Origin: Eledone cirrhosa
Lineage: Eukaryota
Assembly: GCA_964016885.1 (NCBI GenBank)
Contig: OZ024740.1
Location: forward strand, 276,644,001-276,708,000
Length of the DNA: 64,000 nucleotides
Direction: 5' to 3'
Part shown: one piece after another, positions 14,059-28,882 of the stretch
Position numbering within the stretch: the stretch's first letter is position 1
Layout: every line of letters begins with the position of its first letter
Notes under the pieces: model-generated
Told to the model about the DNA's origin: nothing
Seen by the model: the letters and a program-made list of their open reading frames with translations, nothing else
The model's database searches: none
Program-made: the position numbers and the translations under genes

Positions 14059-14726
14059 GTAGGAGATAGATCAATATTTGTATTTATAAGCTTCTATGAA
14101 TTATGTTCTAAGTGATAGTAATGCACTGGGTAATTGCTGGCCTTGTGCCTAAAGTAGAAACAATTATTCATAAAGATGTAATGTATATTACTGACTAATT
14201 CTTATAATATGTATTTATATTGCTTCTCCTATAATTGTTGAGTTGATAGACGTTTTCAGATTGACTGCTATTTCTAGTAAAAACTTTTCCCGTCACCTAG
14301 TCTGTTTCATACGAATATGTACCTTGTCAATATTGCGCATACGTACATTATTGTGCATCAGGCTGATTTTTTATTTCGGGCTTGTATGAGATCCGACAAC
14401 AGTAAGATATACTTTGTCTTTATTAATGTTTGAAACAGAAAATACTCTCCGACGGTTAGACAAGTTTCTGGCAGAAGATGACAGTCTTAATTAATTGAGA
14501 TGGATAATTTCTGTGATTTTAGCTTGTGAAACTGCAGTTAGAGTCCTGGGTATTTTTAGATTGCTTAACAATGAATGTTTGCCTCTGGGATGATACCCGT
14601 ATAGAGTTCTTTCATTTTAAGGTACTCTAATATGCGTTTCTCTATAGTCAGCTATGAGCCTTATTTGAGATCGATCTATATTTGTATATTTATATGTTTG
14701 TATATTTATCTGTTTGTATATATATT

Positions 14727-14788
<62 letters not shown>

Positions 14789-14966
14789 TATATATATAAG
14801 GCTTCTGAACAGTTATCGTTTACCAAATTCCACTTAGAAGGTATTAGTTGCCCAAGATACAGTGCAATAGAATCACGTGGTTGTGAAGTGAACTTCTTAA
14901 CCACACAGTCAAGCAGACAGACACACACACACATGTATGTAGATATATGTGTATGAAGTGTTTTAT

Positions 14967-15030
<64 letters not shown>

Positions 15031-15303
15031 TATTTTATTTATACAGACACGATCAAATCTTCACACACACACACACACATACGCACACACACATACACAC
15101 ACACGCACATACATACATGCATGCATGCATGGAAAAGTGTGACGGATGCCTAATACTGAGTAAGACACACTGATGGCTTGCTAATTGATTTTTCTTGACT
15201 TCACTGTTTAATTTGCCGTCAAACTGACAACTCGGGGCTAAGTGCCTTTCTTGTCTGGCAACTTCTTTTCTCGATCACTCAACGTCAGATCAATAATCTC
15301 TCT

Positions 15304-15351
<48 letters not shown>

Positions 15352-15394
15352 TCTGCCTCGTTCTTCCTCTCATCTCTCTCCCTCTCTACCCCTC

Positions 15395-15449
<55 letters not shown>

Positions 15450-16023
15450 CTCTCCCCTTTTCTGTTAAGCCGAGCCGAGCCGACCAAGAAATACACATAC
15501 TAACCTTTCACAAAATCCATCTGCGCTGCTCCACTACATATTCACATACTCACACGCCAAAGGAAGAAGAAGAAATAACAACAACAACAAAAAATACACA
15601 CACACACACACACACAAAAATAACAAACAAACAGACAAACAAAAATGATGAAGATAATAATAAAATGAACAGCAAAAAGCCAATAACAAAAAAACAACAA
15701 CAACAGCAACAAACAAACAAACAAACAAACAAAAAATAAGCGAGTAGTATCAGCCTTATCACAAAGAACATTAACAACAACAGTATCAACGACAACACTG
15801 AGAATAAAACTATCCGGGACAAACACATGATCAATCATTTTTAATTACTAATCAATATCAAACCACAACCGCACCTGAGAGACGGGAGGTGGAGGTGTGG
15901 TGAGAAAAAAGGGAGACGGGTGGGAAAGCATGCGTGTATGCGTGTGTTTCGTCACTCGAATTCTACCGGCATATTTGGACTAATATCAACTGTTCTAAAC
16001 GTGTGTATGTTTGTGTGTGTGTG

Positions 16024-16111
<88 letters not shown>

Positions 16112-16180
16112 AGTTTGAAGAATAGTATCATCATCATCTTCATCGTTTAACGTCTATCTTCCACGCTAGCATGGGTTTAG

Positions 16181-16265
<85 letters not shown>

Positions 16266-16298
16266 CATATATATATATATATATGTATATATTTATAT

Positions 16299-16672
16299 AT
16301 ATACAATATATTAACAAATGGAAACTATATTTATAAAACCATATTTATTTTATTATACATATTTCAAGGGCCACCAAGATAAATTATGGTGCACTTTCAT
16401 CAGATAAAATACAATAAGGTTATCTTTTTTTAGGTATGTCAATATTTATTTATAAGACTAATCTGTACTGTATTTTATCTGATGAAAGCGCACCATAATT
16501 TGCCTTGGTGGCCCTTGAAATATGTATAATAAAATAAATATGGTTTTGTAAATATAGTTTCCATTTGTTAATATATTGTATATTTACTCCAATAATTTGT
16601 TGAGTGCTTTATATCAGTTATAAAAATATTTTAAAACTTGTTGTATCCCAACAAATTAAATATAACCTCTTC
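16299..16672. mobile_element. Family F fold-back insert with an HHR in each arm
   Basis: Arms at about 16299-16414 and 16468-16583. CUGAUGA-AAG..CACCA..UGGUG..CUU-GAAA-UAUG-UA. Related to 35025-35295. Confidence 0.75.
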
Positions 16673-16699
16673 ATATATATATATAACACACTCTCCTGT

Positions 16700-16771
<72 letters not shown>

Positions 16772-16850
16772 GATAGATAGATAGATAGATATGTATATAT
16801 TAAAAACGAAACGAGGTTTCTCATTAAAGTCTTTATAGATTATACACTGT

Positions 16851-16928
16851 TACGACTGTTTCACAGATGGGTGGCTCAGGATTCATGTAGATACTATAGA
16901 CCCGACTCCAGCCCGAGCTACTCATCAG
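16851..16928 (-). ncRNA. Hammerhead-like motif with long stem II
   Basis: CUGAUGA-GUAGCUCGGG..CCUGAGCCAC..GAAAC-AGUC-GUA in a (TA)n-flanked insert. Stem I is weak. Confidence 0.5.
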
Positions 16929-17038
16929 GTTTGTCAATCAATGAATATATATATATATATATATATATAAAAAGATGAAATCGAAAATGCAACTGGAGTC
17001 TTATTTAAAAAAAGATATATATAGTTATTTGGTTCCTT

Positions 17039-17070
17039 CACCGGTTTCGCAGTTCTTCTGCTTTTCAAAA
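17039..17070 (-). ncRNA. Hammerhead-like motif with U3:A8 variant core
   Basis: UUGAAAA-GCAG(AAGAA)CUGC-GAAA-CCGG-U, the same layout as the motif at the end of PLE-1. Confidence 0.55.
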
Positions 17071-17295
17071 GTAGAGTTGAGATGGAGGGTCTGTGGTTTT
17101 TCTCACATAGGAAAACAGCCAGGCCCCCGACGGCTGAGCTCTGGTAGTTTCGACAGCTAGATCCAGATACGGACGAGGTGTCAAATTTTCATTAAATTCA
17201 TTGAGGTGTGACGTGCGTTTCGTGATTGACCAACACGAGGTTCGATGTGTAGTGATCAGGCCCGACTCTGGAATCAAACGCTCATCAGACTTCAT

Positions 17296-17351
<56 letters not shown>

Positions 17352-17354
<3 letters not shown>

Positions 17355-18305
17355 GTATATGATTATCCAAGATGTATTAATGGTTAATCAAACATTCGAA
17401 TCACCGTTTTGTGACCACGCTCGCCAACAAGACCTGGCAACTCCGTGAACACAACCAACAGTTCACCTTAAAATGGGATATACTTTCCAGCGCAAGTGCA
17501 TATCGGAGTGGATTGAAGTACTGCAATGTAATCTTGAGCTCTTTTACATATTAAAATCCAAAAACAAACTACTTAACGATAGAATTGAACGATCATTATA
17601 CTGCAACCACAAACTAAAAGCTAAATTCTCTCACTATAAAATAACTTAACATTCGAACCCGAAACTATAACACCGCTTTCGAGCTAACAACCTTCTCTTC
17701 CCCCCACACTACAAGACAATACACTGCTTATCACTATACATGGTAACTCAGTGCAATTCCTAGATTACTACTACAAACCCAAAGTTCACTCACCACACAA
17801 ACTTCGTCTGTCCCCTCTCTACCTCTCTCTCTCTACATCCATTACACTCTCTCTCTCTCTCTCGCCTTTGGCCTACCTCCCTCTCAACATCTATGAACCT
17901 GCCCTCTGGGGCAATAAATAATTCCGACCTTAACTATCAACGCATCTCTCCAAAAGTAACCAGTATAATAAAACCCCTACCATAACATTCTGATTAAGAT
18001 ATCTACAAGCCACTCTCTCCTACTTCTCCAACCCCTGCATATCTTTCTTTCTCCCTCCCTCTTCCCTACTTTTCTCTCTTCCTTTTCTACTCTATCTTCC
18101 CCAACAACCCCACTTAAGGGTATTTACATTGTAGATTTTACCATTCTGCTCTGAGGAAACAGTGGTCACAGCATTGGATATTTGAGTTCTGCAAGTACTT
18201 GTGAATTTGCACGTAGCATAACTAGGCTGCAGTACCACCGTAGAAACACTTGTAAGCACACGGAATAAATTACCTTTTTATGATGTCTACCTGTTATTAT
18301 TCATT

Positions 18306-18310
<5 letters not shown>
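17352..18310 (+). mobile_element. 5'-truncated PLE (Hydra-clade-like endonuclease C-terminus, 3' UTR and HHR)
   Basis: From 17414: TTLANKTWQLREHNQQFTLKWDILSSASAYRSGLKYCN / frameshift / ELFYILKSKNKLLNDRIERSLYCNHKLK, stop at 17647-17649. HHR UGCU-CUGAGGA-[long]-GAAAC-ACUU-GUA-AGCA at 18147-18258, then AAUAAA. (TA)n on both sides. The clade is assigned from remembered motif spacing. Confidence 0.7.
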
Positions 18311-18387
<77 letters not shown>

Positions 18388-18395
<8 letters not shown>

Positions 18396-19119
18396 AGGTA
18401 CATACATATATGTGTACAGACGTACAGTATTATGTATATATATACATACATACACACATATATATGTACGTATGGGTTTACCGAACATTTATTATAATGT
18501 TCCGTTTGTTTGTAAACAAACAGCCCGAGTTACGCCGTACAGTGTTCGGCAACCATCGTCGCCTTTTTGTTCAACACTGACACAGGAACGATGTACTAGT
18601 TTCAAACTTGTTAGCTATCGTCAGCATCGTATACCTTCCTGTCAGATGATTGAACGTTTGAAAGTATATACTTTCCTTATGCATATTAACGGCTGAGTAG
18701 CCTAATTTGTATATCGAGTGAGTTAGTCGGCCGGGCGTACCGAAAACGATAAATGGAAAAGAATGAAACGAAATTTCATTTGTCATTCTTAGTACGGCTG
18801 ATACCTAAATATAAGTATGTGTACGTACATACATATATGTGTACAGACGTACAGTAGTATGTATATATATATACATGCACACATATATATATGTACGTAT
18901 GGGTTAACGTTCAATCATCTGACAGGAAGGTATACGATGCTGACGATAGCTAATAAGCTTGAAACTAGTACATCGTTCCTGTGTCAGTGTTGAACAAAAA
19001 AGCGACGATGGTTGCCGAACACTGTACGGCGTAATTCGGGATGTTTGTTTACAAACAAACCGAACATTATAATAAATGTTCGGTAAACCCATACGTACAT
19101 ATATATATATGTGTGCATG

Positions 19120-19157
<38 letters not shown>

Positions 19158-19261
19158 CTACTGTACGTCTGTACACATATATGTATGTACGTATACATAC
19201 TTATATTTAGGTATCAGCCGTACTAAGAGTGAGAAATGAAATTTCGTTTCATTCTTTTCCA
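18388..19261. mobile_element. Family G complex tandem/inverted insert
   Basis: 18388-18657 and 18752-18905 are both inverted copies of parts of 18906-19261. Relatives at about 25795-26005 and 63180-63360. Confidence 0.8.
18935..18975 (+). ncRNA. Minimal type I hammerhead ribozyme motif
   Basis: CGAUG-CUGACGA-U-AGCU(AAUA)AGCU-U-GAAA-CUAG-UA-CAUCG: 5-bp stem I, palindromic stem III region ACUAGU, GUA cleavage triplet. Mirror copy at 18588-18629. Confidence 0.85.
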
Positions 19262-19265
19262 TGTG

Positions 19266-19339
<74 letters not shown>

Positions 19340-19374
19340 TATGTGTATGTATGTATGTATGTATACACGCGCGC

Positions 19375-19414
<40 letters not shown>

Positions 19415-19655
19415 GAACGATGAGACCGGGGGGGAATGCCTCAAGGCAGCGGTTTGCATTCTAAACAAACATACTTTAGGGTTTCACATGTATAACAAAG
19501 TGATTTGAAAACTTCGATTAACTGAAGTTATCTTTAGAAGATATAACCGCCTCTAGGAAAAAGAGACAACCCCAATATTATCAGATAATTCAAATATTTT
19601 AGAAATAAAAACCAAGGCATGAATCTTGTCTTTAAGCCAACTAGTGAAATTATCT

Positions 19656-19685
19656 GATTGTTTCGTTCCTGTTAGATCTCATCAG
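19656..19685 (-). ncRNA. Degenerate hammerhead-like motif
   Basis: CUGAUGA-GAUCU(AAC)AGGAAC-GAAAC-AAUC. Confidence 0.4.
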
Positions 19686-20532
19686 CGGACCATATTCACA
19701 TAATTTGACTGGATTTAGAAGAGATCCGTATATATATAGAAGAGTGAAACATTAATACAGGGAGTTTTTGCTTACTAACTTCAAGACAGCTCTATTGTTG
19801 ATAATCATAATCAGCACTACAACTTACTCCCTTTTTCTATATACGCTGATCTCTTTTAAGTCTTGCTAATTGAGGTCAAAATATATCTAACACGACTGAA
19901 ATGTCCACTGCTTTCACTTGATAGCGTTAAAGATAAAATCTGGGATGCATTCATAAGTACATATAGAGAGGTGGTGTTTACATCGTAAAGTCATGCTCCG
20001 CACAGAAAAAAGTCTGATGCCATTGCAATAAATTTTACAAACACTACAGTTTTCCGTATCTCATTCCTTATTCATTTTTTTATCTCTCTTGTATTGAACT
20101 ACCAAATATCTTTGTCTCCTCCAGTTATTTTCATATGTACCAGGTCTAATATCTTATAGAAGCAGTATTCCTCCTCACTGTCAAATGGCAGAGCTGTTGA
20201 TGCTGCCTGCTCTTGTGGTATCACATTCAAAAGATAAATCCTTCAGCAATATCTTTAAAGAAACCTTAGCGACACCTACATTGTAACACTTCAATTCATT
20301 GACTAGAGAGCCGTTCAATGCATGTCCCATGAAAATCCTCTGTGCTATATTAACTTTCAAGACAGCTACTTGGCATTGAACTGTGTGGACGATATTTGGG
20401 CTTTTTTTCGACCTTTCCCAAGAACTGCTCAATAACAAAGGAATATGCCAGAGAGTATTCTCACTTCAAGCTGCCAAAGAACTTTCCCTGTACTGCTGAC
20501 GCTATAGTTCTGACAAGAAGCTTCTTGAATAA

Positions 20533-22232
20533 CACCGTGTAACAGAAAACAAATGTTTCTCTGTTCCTGGCTTGTAATCACTTTTTATGTGTTACTTAGG
20601 TCCCAAATAAATACAAAAGTGCTATTAAACAGTTAAAAGTTTGGGTTTGTAAAAATTCTAAGCTATTCACTATAATTATTTGTATGCTGGATTTTACGCT
20701 GTATGTAAGTTTAATTTGCTTATGTTAAATGATTTTTTTTATATATGTTTCAAGTTAAATTAAAATTATAAAATAAAGAGTAATACCTAAAGAAAATTAT
20801 AAAAGTGCAATAAAGTTTAAAATTGTTAAAAAGTGGATTAAAGAGATTTATTGATACTGGATTTTCGCACCCTGAATAAAGGGTAAGTTGTGTTTTAAAC
20901 ATTCGTCTCCAGGATGAAGCAGTGGAGAAAGTGCAGGTGACAAGTCAGAGAAGTCGACACGAACCTTTCTCAGGCTTTTACACTCTTAGGGATGGCCTCT
21001 GCTTCTGCCATGACGTACCTGGACTGTTTGACGTTATTGTGCCCAAGGAGTGGCGGCTATTTATAGACAGCTCCACCACAAGTTTGAAGGCTGCCCTCCT
21101 CCACAATGGAAACAAGTTCCCGACAATGCCCCTAGCTCATTCAGTCTGCCTGAAGGAAGATTACTAAAGTGTGAAAGTCCTCTTGGAATCTCTGCAACAC
21201 AACCAGTACAATTGGGAAATCATTGGAGACTTCAAGATGGTGGCTTTCCTGCTTAGACTCCAAGGAGGCTTTATCAAATTCCAATGCTTCCTCTGCCTTT
21301 GGGACAGCAGAGCCACCTCTGACCACTACAAAAGAAAGAACTGGAGCAGCGAACAGAATTTGTAGTTGGGACCCGGAACATCATGTGGCAGCCACTGGTT
21401 GATCCCAAGATTTTGCTCATGCCGCCACTGCACATTAAGTTGGGGTTGATGAAGCAGTTTGTGAAGGCTCTCAACCAACAATCAGCCGCTTTTAAGTACC
21501 TTCTTGAGTTCTTCCCCAAGTTATCTGAGACCAAAATCAAAGGTTGAACTTTTGTTGGACCTCAGATAAAGAAGGTGTCCAATAAGCTAATAGGATTGAG
21601 AGAACAGCATGGAACTGTTTCAAGGCAGTTGTTAAGGGCTTCCTGGGCAACTACAGAGCTGAAAACTACCAACAACTGGTGCAGGATCTGATAAAAGCTT
21701 TTGGCGCCATGGGATGCAGGATGTCGCTTAAACTCCATATGCTGGACGCTCACCAGGAGAAATTCAAGGACAATATGGGCGGCTACTCAGGAGAACAAGG
21801 CAAACGATTCCACCAAGATGTGAAAGAGATAGAGCGGAGGTACCAGGGCCACTACAATGAAAAGATGATGGGGTACTATATCGGGGGGCTAGTGCGGGAA
21901 TGCGACCTGGACTACAACCGCAAATCCAGGAAATCCAGTCACTTCTGATGTGTATAACTTGCTTTATAAGTGTTATTTGTTTTTACTTGTTTGCTTTTGA
22001 TAAGCTTGTGTAATAAAATAAATATATACTCTGTTGATTTAATTATATGAACTGATAAATTTAAAAAAAATGTGTTTTTTCTTGAAAAATATGAAAATTT
22101 CGAAATATCAAACTCCTGACCACAAACCCAAACTTCTGATTAAATAATAGTGTTTTTTTTTTATAATAATGGGATATAAGAAACCATGAAATGACACTTA
22201 GAACCGGGGAACAAAAAATATGTTACACGGTG
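20533..22232 (+). mobile_element. Chapaev3 (CMC superfamily) DNA transposon, internally deleted
   Basis: Perfect 12-bp TIRs CACCGTGTAACA / TGTTACACGGTG, 3-bp TSD TAA (20530-20532, 22233-22235) and a transposase remnant inside. Confidence 0.9.
20922..21948 (+). pseudogene. Chapaev3 transposase, disrupted C-terminal part
   Basis: EWRLFIDSS..SLKAALLHNGN, CFLCLWDSR, PPLHIKLGLMKQFVKAL, FVGPQI, GFLGN, GCRMSLKLH, EQGKRFHQDV..ERRYQG, read across stops and frameshifts. Confidence 0.9.
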
Positions 22233-22667
22233 TAATCAGCCATGTTCCTCGTAAGCGATTAATGATTCAAATTACAGCAGACGATGCATGTTAAATGAGT
22301 ATTATAGTGGAATTGGAGGTGCATATATTTTTAAAATCTATAATACGCTCTGAAAGAGAGATCCAGAGCCGAAGGTAACTCTAAATAAGCTCGCAAGTCC
22401 TCTACCGGAATTCCAATCTGCCAGAAATCATCTTAAGGCTGACATTGGATTTGTTTATTTTTGCCCACCAATGTGTACTCCTTTAACAGTTGTTTTTCCT
22501 GAACTCACTCAAAAGACAGCAGGGCAGTGTTCGATATGTTCCAGGACACATTTGATCTCTGACCACCAACTACTGCTCCGAGATCCCCTTCCAACTACAC
22601 ATAAGGCTACTCGACACCATATTAACGTGTGTAGCCACAGGGAAACCCAACCGCGACTGTATATATA

Positions 22668-22938
<271 letters not shown>

Positions 22939-23962
22939 GTGTATATATATACATAATATATCTGTATATATACTGTATATATATATATTGTGTGTGAGAA
23001 GATACATACACACATAAATATATACCACTGATGTAGGGACAGACAAATATTCAGCATTGAAGACAAACAAAACCTCCCGTACAGTATTTAATGCCTGTCT
23101 AAATGGCAGTCAGTGGACAAAATGACTGGCGGTGCTTAGTTACGTCTCTTTACGTCTCGTATGTTCAGAGTTTAAATCCTGTTGGTGCCGACTTTGCTTT
23201 TCGTCATTGCTGAGTTAATGAAATAAGTACCAGTTAATTACCGAAGTTAATTAAATCGCCTATATCACTCCTAAGAATTTTGTGGCTAAGTGACAACGTC
23301 AGAAATCACCATCATCTCTCTCCCCATTTCACTCTCTATTTCTCTTTCTACCTTTCTTTCTCCATTTTCTCTCCTCCTATCTCTCCCTTTTCTCTCCTCC
23401 TTTCTCTCTCCCTTTCTCTTTCTATTTCTCTCTACATTTTTTCTCCCTTTTCTCTCCCCATTTCTCTCCCTCTCCTCTCCCCCCTCTCTCCCACTTTCTC
23501 TTCCTTTTCTCTCCCCCTTTCTCTTTCCCTTTCTCTCTCTCCATTTCTCTATCTTACACTCTCTTTCTTTATATACTTGTCTGTTTGTCTGCGTTTTATT
23601 TTACTTACTTTCCTCTACGTTTGATTGATTATTTCTACGGAAATACCCAATTAAGTAGTGAATGGTAACATTTCGGTTGTGAATAAATGAAAAAGAAAAG
23701 GTTATTTTCTATAAGCATGAATTGAGTTCTTAAATTTTCAAGAATTATAATGTAAATATGAAACTGGTTAATCACTGTGAGATATTCAAATCCCTCAATA
23801 GAAATATATATATATGAATCAAGATGGATTCAGCTTGAAACTGGTTAGACTATTATATATCCGAGTACTCGATACTTGGGTAGTAGAGTAAGATTATATT
23901 ATAAAGAGTCGGGATCCGACTGAGCTCTTGCCGTTTAAATAGCTGGTATACATATACATATA

Positions 23963-24480
23963 ATTCGTTTCAGAATTTGTTTAGCAAGATTTCTTATCTG
24001 AAAACGTGTGTTGAAACAGATATTGTTATACTTTGGGAGGGTCATGCCGCCAAAAAAACACACGCACTTGCTGGTTTTCAGTACAATTTGTTATAAATTT
24101 CCGGTTAGTTGGTTGGTTCGATAAACGGAAGGTTGTTTATATATTGTCAAAGCTCTTTCGTCACACATTCTGTGACCTCCTCATTCACTAGGTTTTTATT
24201 GTGTGTCCCTCCTTTGTTCTGTCCTACACCATCTTGTTATATAACACACAAAGATAAGATGGTGTAGGACAGAACAAAGGAGAGACACAAATTAAAAACC
24301 TAATCACTGAGGATGTCACGGAATATGTGACGAAAGAGCTTCGACAATATATAAACAATCTTCCGGTCATCGAACCAGCCAATCAACCAACCAACCTGAA
24401 ATTTATAATAAATTGAAGTAAAAACCAACAGGTGCGTGTGTTTTTATTGGCTGCATGACCCTCCCAAAGTATAACAATAT
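23963..24480. mobile_element. Diverged family E fold-back with HHR
   Basis: Imperfect inverted arms centred at about 24245. CUGAGGA-U-GUCAC(7)GUGAC-GAAA-GAGC-UUC at about 24307-24342. Confidence 0.75.
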
Positions 24481-24675
24481 ATATATATATAAATACAATA
24501 TCGGAGAAAGCTTTTTAGCGATACACCGGCCAAATTCCAACTCACTCAACAAACATTAGGAAATAAGTGATTATATTCCCAATTAAGCGTTCGGGGTGCT
24601 AACTAAAAGTATTGTGTGGAAAATTGGCTGTATTATTTCATATGAGACATATCTAATATATCTCTTCCCAGACGG

Positions 24676-24790
24676 ACGTCTCGTTTCATTATAGGATTCC
24701 TACAATTTGGGTGAAATTATACCAATTTATGTAGGAGCTTGTATACCATCAATAGATATATATTCAAGTGGGCTCCTATAATTCATCATA
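24676..24790 (-). ncRNA. Hammerhead-like motif with very long stem II, first core base lost at the (TA)n junction
   Basis: (A)UGAUGA-AUUAUAGGA..UCCUAUAAU-GAAAC-GAGAC-GUC. Confidence 0.5.
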
Positions 24791-24800
24791 TATATATTTC

Positions 24801-24859
<59 letters not shown>

Positions 24860-25391
24860 CTACATATGTTAGTATTATATGCATATTACTGGTTTTATCG
24901 CCCATGAAGGTGAAGTTGGATCCAAATGAATTTGAACTGAGACTATAAAAGGATGTAAGGAAACCCAACAAACACTTTGCCGCCCCCTACTGTAACGCTT
25001 GGTTTGTATTTGAAGTTTCGTATTCAGTTTTATCTTTAAAAAAATGCTCGTTTTTCTCCTCAATGGATCTAGGTTAGAGATTACTGTATCTAATCCGATA
25101 TATTACGAATATTTGTTTTATCGACTCGGGAGTTATCAAAAACACAGTGATATCTCACGGGAGTTAAATTCAAACCATATAGTCTGGCCTTCAACTTTGT
25201 TATTTAGACAGATTTATTATATACTTGTGGGACCTGTGGAAATTCCACGTTTTATAGATTTTTCTATTTCTCTTTTTCTGCATAAATTAATAGATCTACA
25301 TAGTATTGCTTCGTTATGGTATATATTTCGATTATGACTTTCGATCTTATGCTACAGTTAGGATTGTGTAAAGCGTAACACTCTTGCCAAG

Positions 25392-25464
<73 letters not shown>

Positions 25465-25659
25465 GTTTTGCGAGGTTTTTTATATGAAATCGTGTCGAAA
25501 CAAATATTGTTATACTTTTAATAACAGAACACACTCACTGTTTGGTTGGTTTTCGCTTTTCGCTTCTGTGTCTTTTATATCGGTAACCTAATTTACTCGG
25601 TCCTCATTAATTGTTATTAATTCTGGCAATATTACACAAATATGACCCTCCCCAAGTAT

Positions 25660-25735
<76 letters not shown>

Positions 25736-26122
25736 AACGAATTGTGGTATGGAACCATATATATACATTCATAATATATATATATGTATATATATGTAAG
25801 TATGTATGTATACGTACATACATATATGTATACAGACGTACAGTAGCATGCATATATATATATATATACATATATACATACAGGTACACATACATATATG
25901 CACGCATCAGTTTAGCGGACGTTTATTATAACGCCGCTTTGTTCGTTTGTTTGTCAACAAACCGAACAGCCTGAATTTATGCCATACGGTGTTAAGGCAA
26001 CCAGCCATAAATTTATAAATTTATAAATTTATTATAATAAATTGAAGTGAAAGCAACTGGTGCGTGTGTTTCTTATTGGCAACATGACCCTCCCAAAGTA
26101 TAACTATATATATATATATATA

Positions 26123-26502
26123 AAATAAAGTTAAATAAAAGTCAAATGATTAAAATTTAGCTTCGTTTATTACTGCTATATATATTTCAGTGACAGCCAT
26201 CTTTGGCTGTGACCTCTTCAGGCAGTTTGAATTAGTATGGTATAGACAAGTACATATGTTGTTTAGGTGTATGATATTGTCAATACTCTGATATGCCCAG
26301 TTCCTTGCTGGGTTGTTAATTCACTGGGGAACTGGCTGTCACTGAAATATATATAGCAGTAATAAACGAAGCTAAATTTTAATCATTTGACTTTTATTTA
26401 ACTTTATTTTACACTACTCCGGAGTAACCAAACCAACCTGCGCACTTCGTCGAGTGCTCCAGCCTGCATACTGAGGTGTTGGTATACAACCAACATAAAC
26501 TC

Positions 26503-26510
<8 letters not shown>
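26123..26510. mobile_element. Fold-back insert with HHR
   Basis: Arms at about 26123-26199 and 26334-26410. Minus-strand ACUGC-CUGAAGA-GGU-CACAGCCA(AAGA)UGGCUGU..GAAA-UAUAUA-UA-GCAGU at 26172-26226. Confidence 0.75.
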
Positions 26511-26571
<61 letters not shown>

Positions 26572-26778
26572 TTGGGTGTGGTAAAACAGGTGAACCACAA
26601 CCCCCCAGAGTAGTCGATACTTGGGGTAGTAGAGTGGGTAATATGAAAAGATTCAGGACCCCGACAGCGGATCTCTGGTCGTTTGTATGTAGTCTTATGT
26701 ACAGTTTATTATAATAAATCTCGTACTTTTGCGCTTCTTCACCTACAATGCTTTCGTATTTGAAAATGAAATACTTTA

Positions 26779-26869
<91 letters not shown>

Positions 26870-26872
<3 letters not shown>

Positions 26873-27228
26873 CGTTTCTGAATTTGTTTAGCAAGATTCT
26901 TTATCTGAAATCGCGTGTTGAAACCGATATTGTTATACTTTGGGAGGGTCATGTTGCCAATAAGAAACAAAATGGCGTAGGATAGAAGAAAGGAAAGGCA
27001 CAGAAACGAAGAAAGGAATCCCCAGTCACTGAAGAGGTCACAGAGTGTGTGACGAAAGGACTATGACTATATATATAAACAACTATCTGGTTGTGGAACC
27101 AACCAACCAACCAGAAATTTATAAGTTTGTAAATTTGTAAATTTGTAAATTTAGAAATATATAATAAATTGAAGTGAAAGCAACTGGTGCGTGTGTTTCT
27201 TATTGGCAACATGACCCTCCCAAAGTAT

Positions 27229-27235
<7 letters not shown>
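26870..27235. mobile_element. Family E insert: inverted 3' end joined to a direct copy
   Basis: Near-identical to 13264-13596. Junction at AAGAAACA microhomology (about 26962-26969). Confidence 0.8.
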
Positions 27236-27270
<35 letters not shown>

Positions 27271-27523
27271 ATGTGCGCGCGTGTGTGTGTGTGTGCGTCT
27301 GTGTGTATGTGTGCGCGTATGTGTGTGTGTGTGTGCGCGCGCGTGCGTGTGTGCGTCTGTGTATGCGTGCGTGCGTGTGTGTGTGTGTGCGTCTGTGTGT
27401 GTGCGTGTGCGACTGTGTGTGTGTGTGTGTGTGTTAAGTATTCCCGTAGAAAAGGTAAAGGAAAGAAGAGTGCTCTATGTGTAGTACAGAGCTATTTAAT
27501 TATGTAATAAGCAACTCAATGTA

Positions 27524-28015
27524 ATGTGGAATATTAGAATTGATGTCGGCTGCTTGAAGCAGCGCTGTGCCGCCATAAAATGTTTTCATTCTTAGATAAT
27601 TTTGTTCTGTTGGTTACAATATTGGTAGAGAGAACAAGTGAAATGATCACGCTAACTGTCTCAATAGATCTTATACGAACATAGTATGGGTTAGTAATTT
27701 TCATTGACTGATTTACTATAGTGTGTGTGTGTATGTGAGCGTGTATATGTGTGCGTGTGGGTGTTCGTGTGTGCTTATGTGCTTGCGTGTTTTAATAAAC
27801 TTAGTGTATCCATGTATTAGCTACAAAGTTGTTTTTCTTTTTGTTTTCTATTGTTTTATATATAATCAAATACTGAATTCGTGAAAACTCTCGCGATGAA
27901 GGCGATAACACTTCTACGAATGTAAAGTTTCTCGAAACGTCAGATTACTTCCCAGAACGTTAGCTTTTCCAGTTTCCACTGCAAATCAACGGACTTATTC
28001 AATACACATCCTTGC

Positions 28016-28020
<5 letters not shown>
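27524..28020. repeat. Left arm of a 497-bp inverted duplication (partner 34016-34511)
   Basis: Reverse-complement match with only a few differences. Inner ends abut (TA)n. Confidence 0.9.
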
Positions 28021-28065
<45 letters not shown>

Positions 28066-28541
28066 TAAACGGAATAGAAAATGCTGACAAATTGTTCACA
28101 GTTGAAAAATGGTTTAATTAGGAATAAAAGAGTATTAGTGATTGTATGGGTTAGTATTCAGTTGTGGTTTTAAGTTTTTAAGTTTTTACCGGTTGCGCAT
28201 TTCTAAATGCTTTTCAAAAATAATTTTGAGATAGAGTGTCCGTGCTGTTTGCTCTGATCTGATTAGTTTTGGGAATTCTACCTGTTTTTATGTTAAAAAA
28301 ATGGCTCCAGCGTTATTTTTGTGTTGTAAAAATGCTTGTGGTCAAAACAATTTTGATTGGTCGGTAGAGGTCATGTGAATGTAAAAAGTTGATTTTGCGC
28401 CAAGACTGTTTTTATGTTAAAATGTTAGAAAAGTGGCTCCAGCAAAGATTATGGTCAAAACAATTTTGATTGGTCGGTAGAGGTCATGTGGATAAAAAAT
28501 TGGTTTTGCGCCAAGATTGAGAAATGACTCTTTCACAACAA

Positions 28542-28595
<54 letters not shown>

Positions 28596-28653
28596 TAGTA
28601 GTAGTAGTAAGGTATTCGATGCTGCGACAATAGCCACCAGCGATGTGTGTCAA

Positions 28654-28882
28654 CCAACAACGTAGGCCACTTATAACACCACAATACAACATGGCACATA
28701 GAAACACACACCCATACTCGCAGTACAGGAACACCCCATTCAATCTACAACCACCAACCCGAACCACATTTTACAACAACAAGGAATATAACAAGCACAG
28801 GAGACCACTTAACATCAGCAGACAACCCCTCTACCCCAACCATTTTTTAGACACAGCACACAGATACAGGCAAACAAAATAA
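28654..28882 (+). other. 5'-truncated upstream open frame (N/Q/R/P/Y-rich) overlapping the RT frame, which lies at -1
   Basis: Stop-free from the truncation junction to TAA at 28880-28882. Contains CAT TTT TTA G at 28841-28850. Confidence 0.5.
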
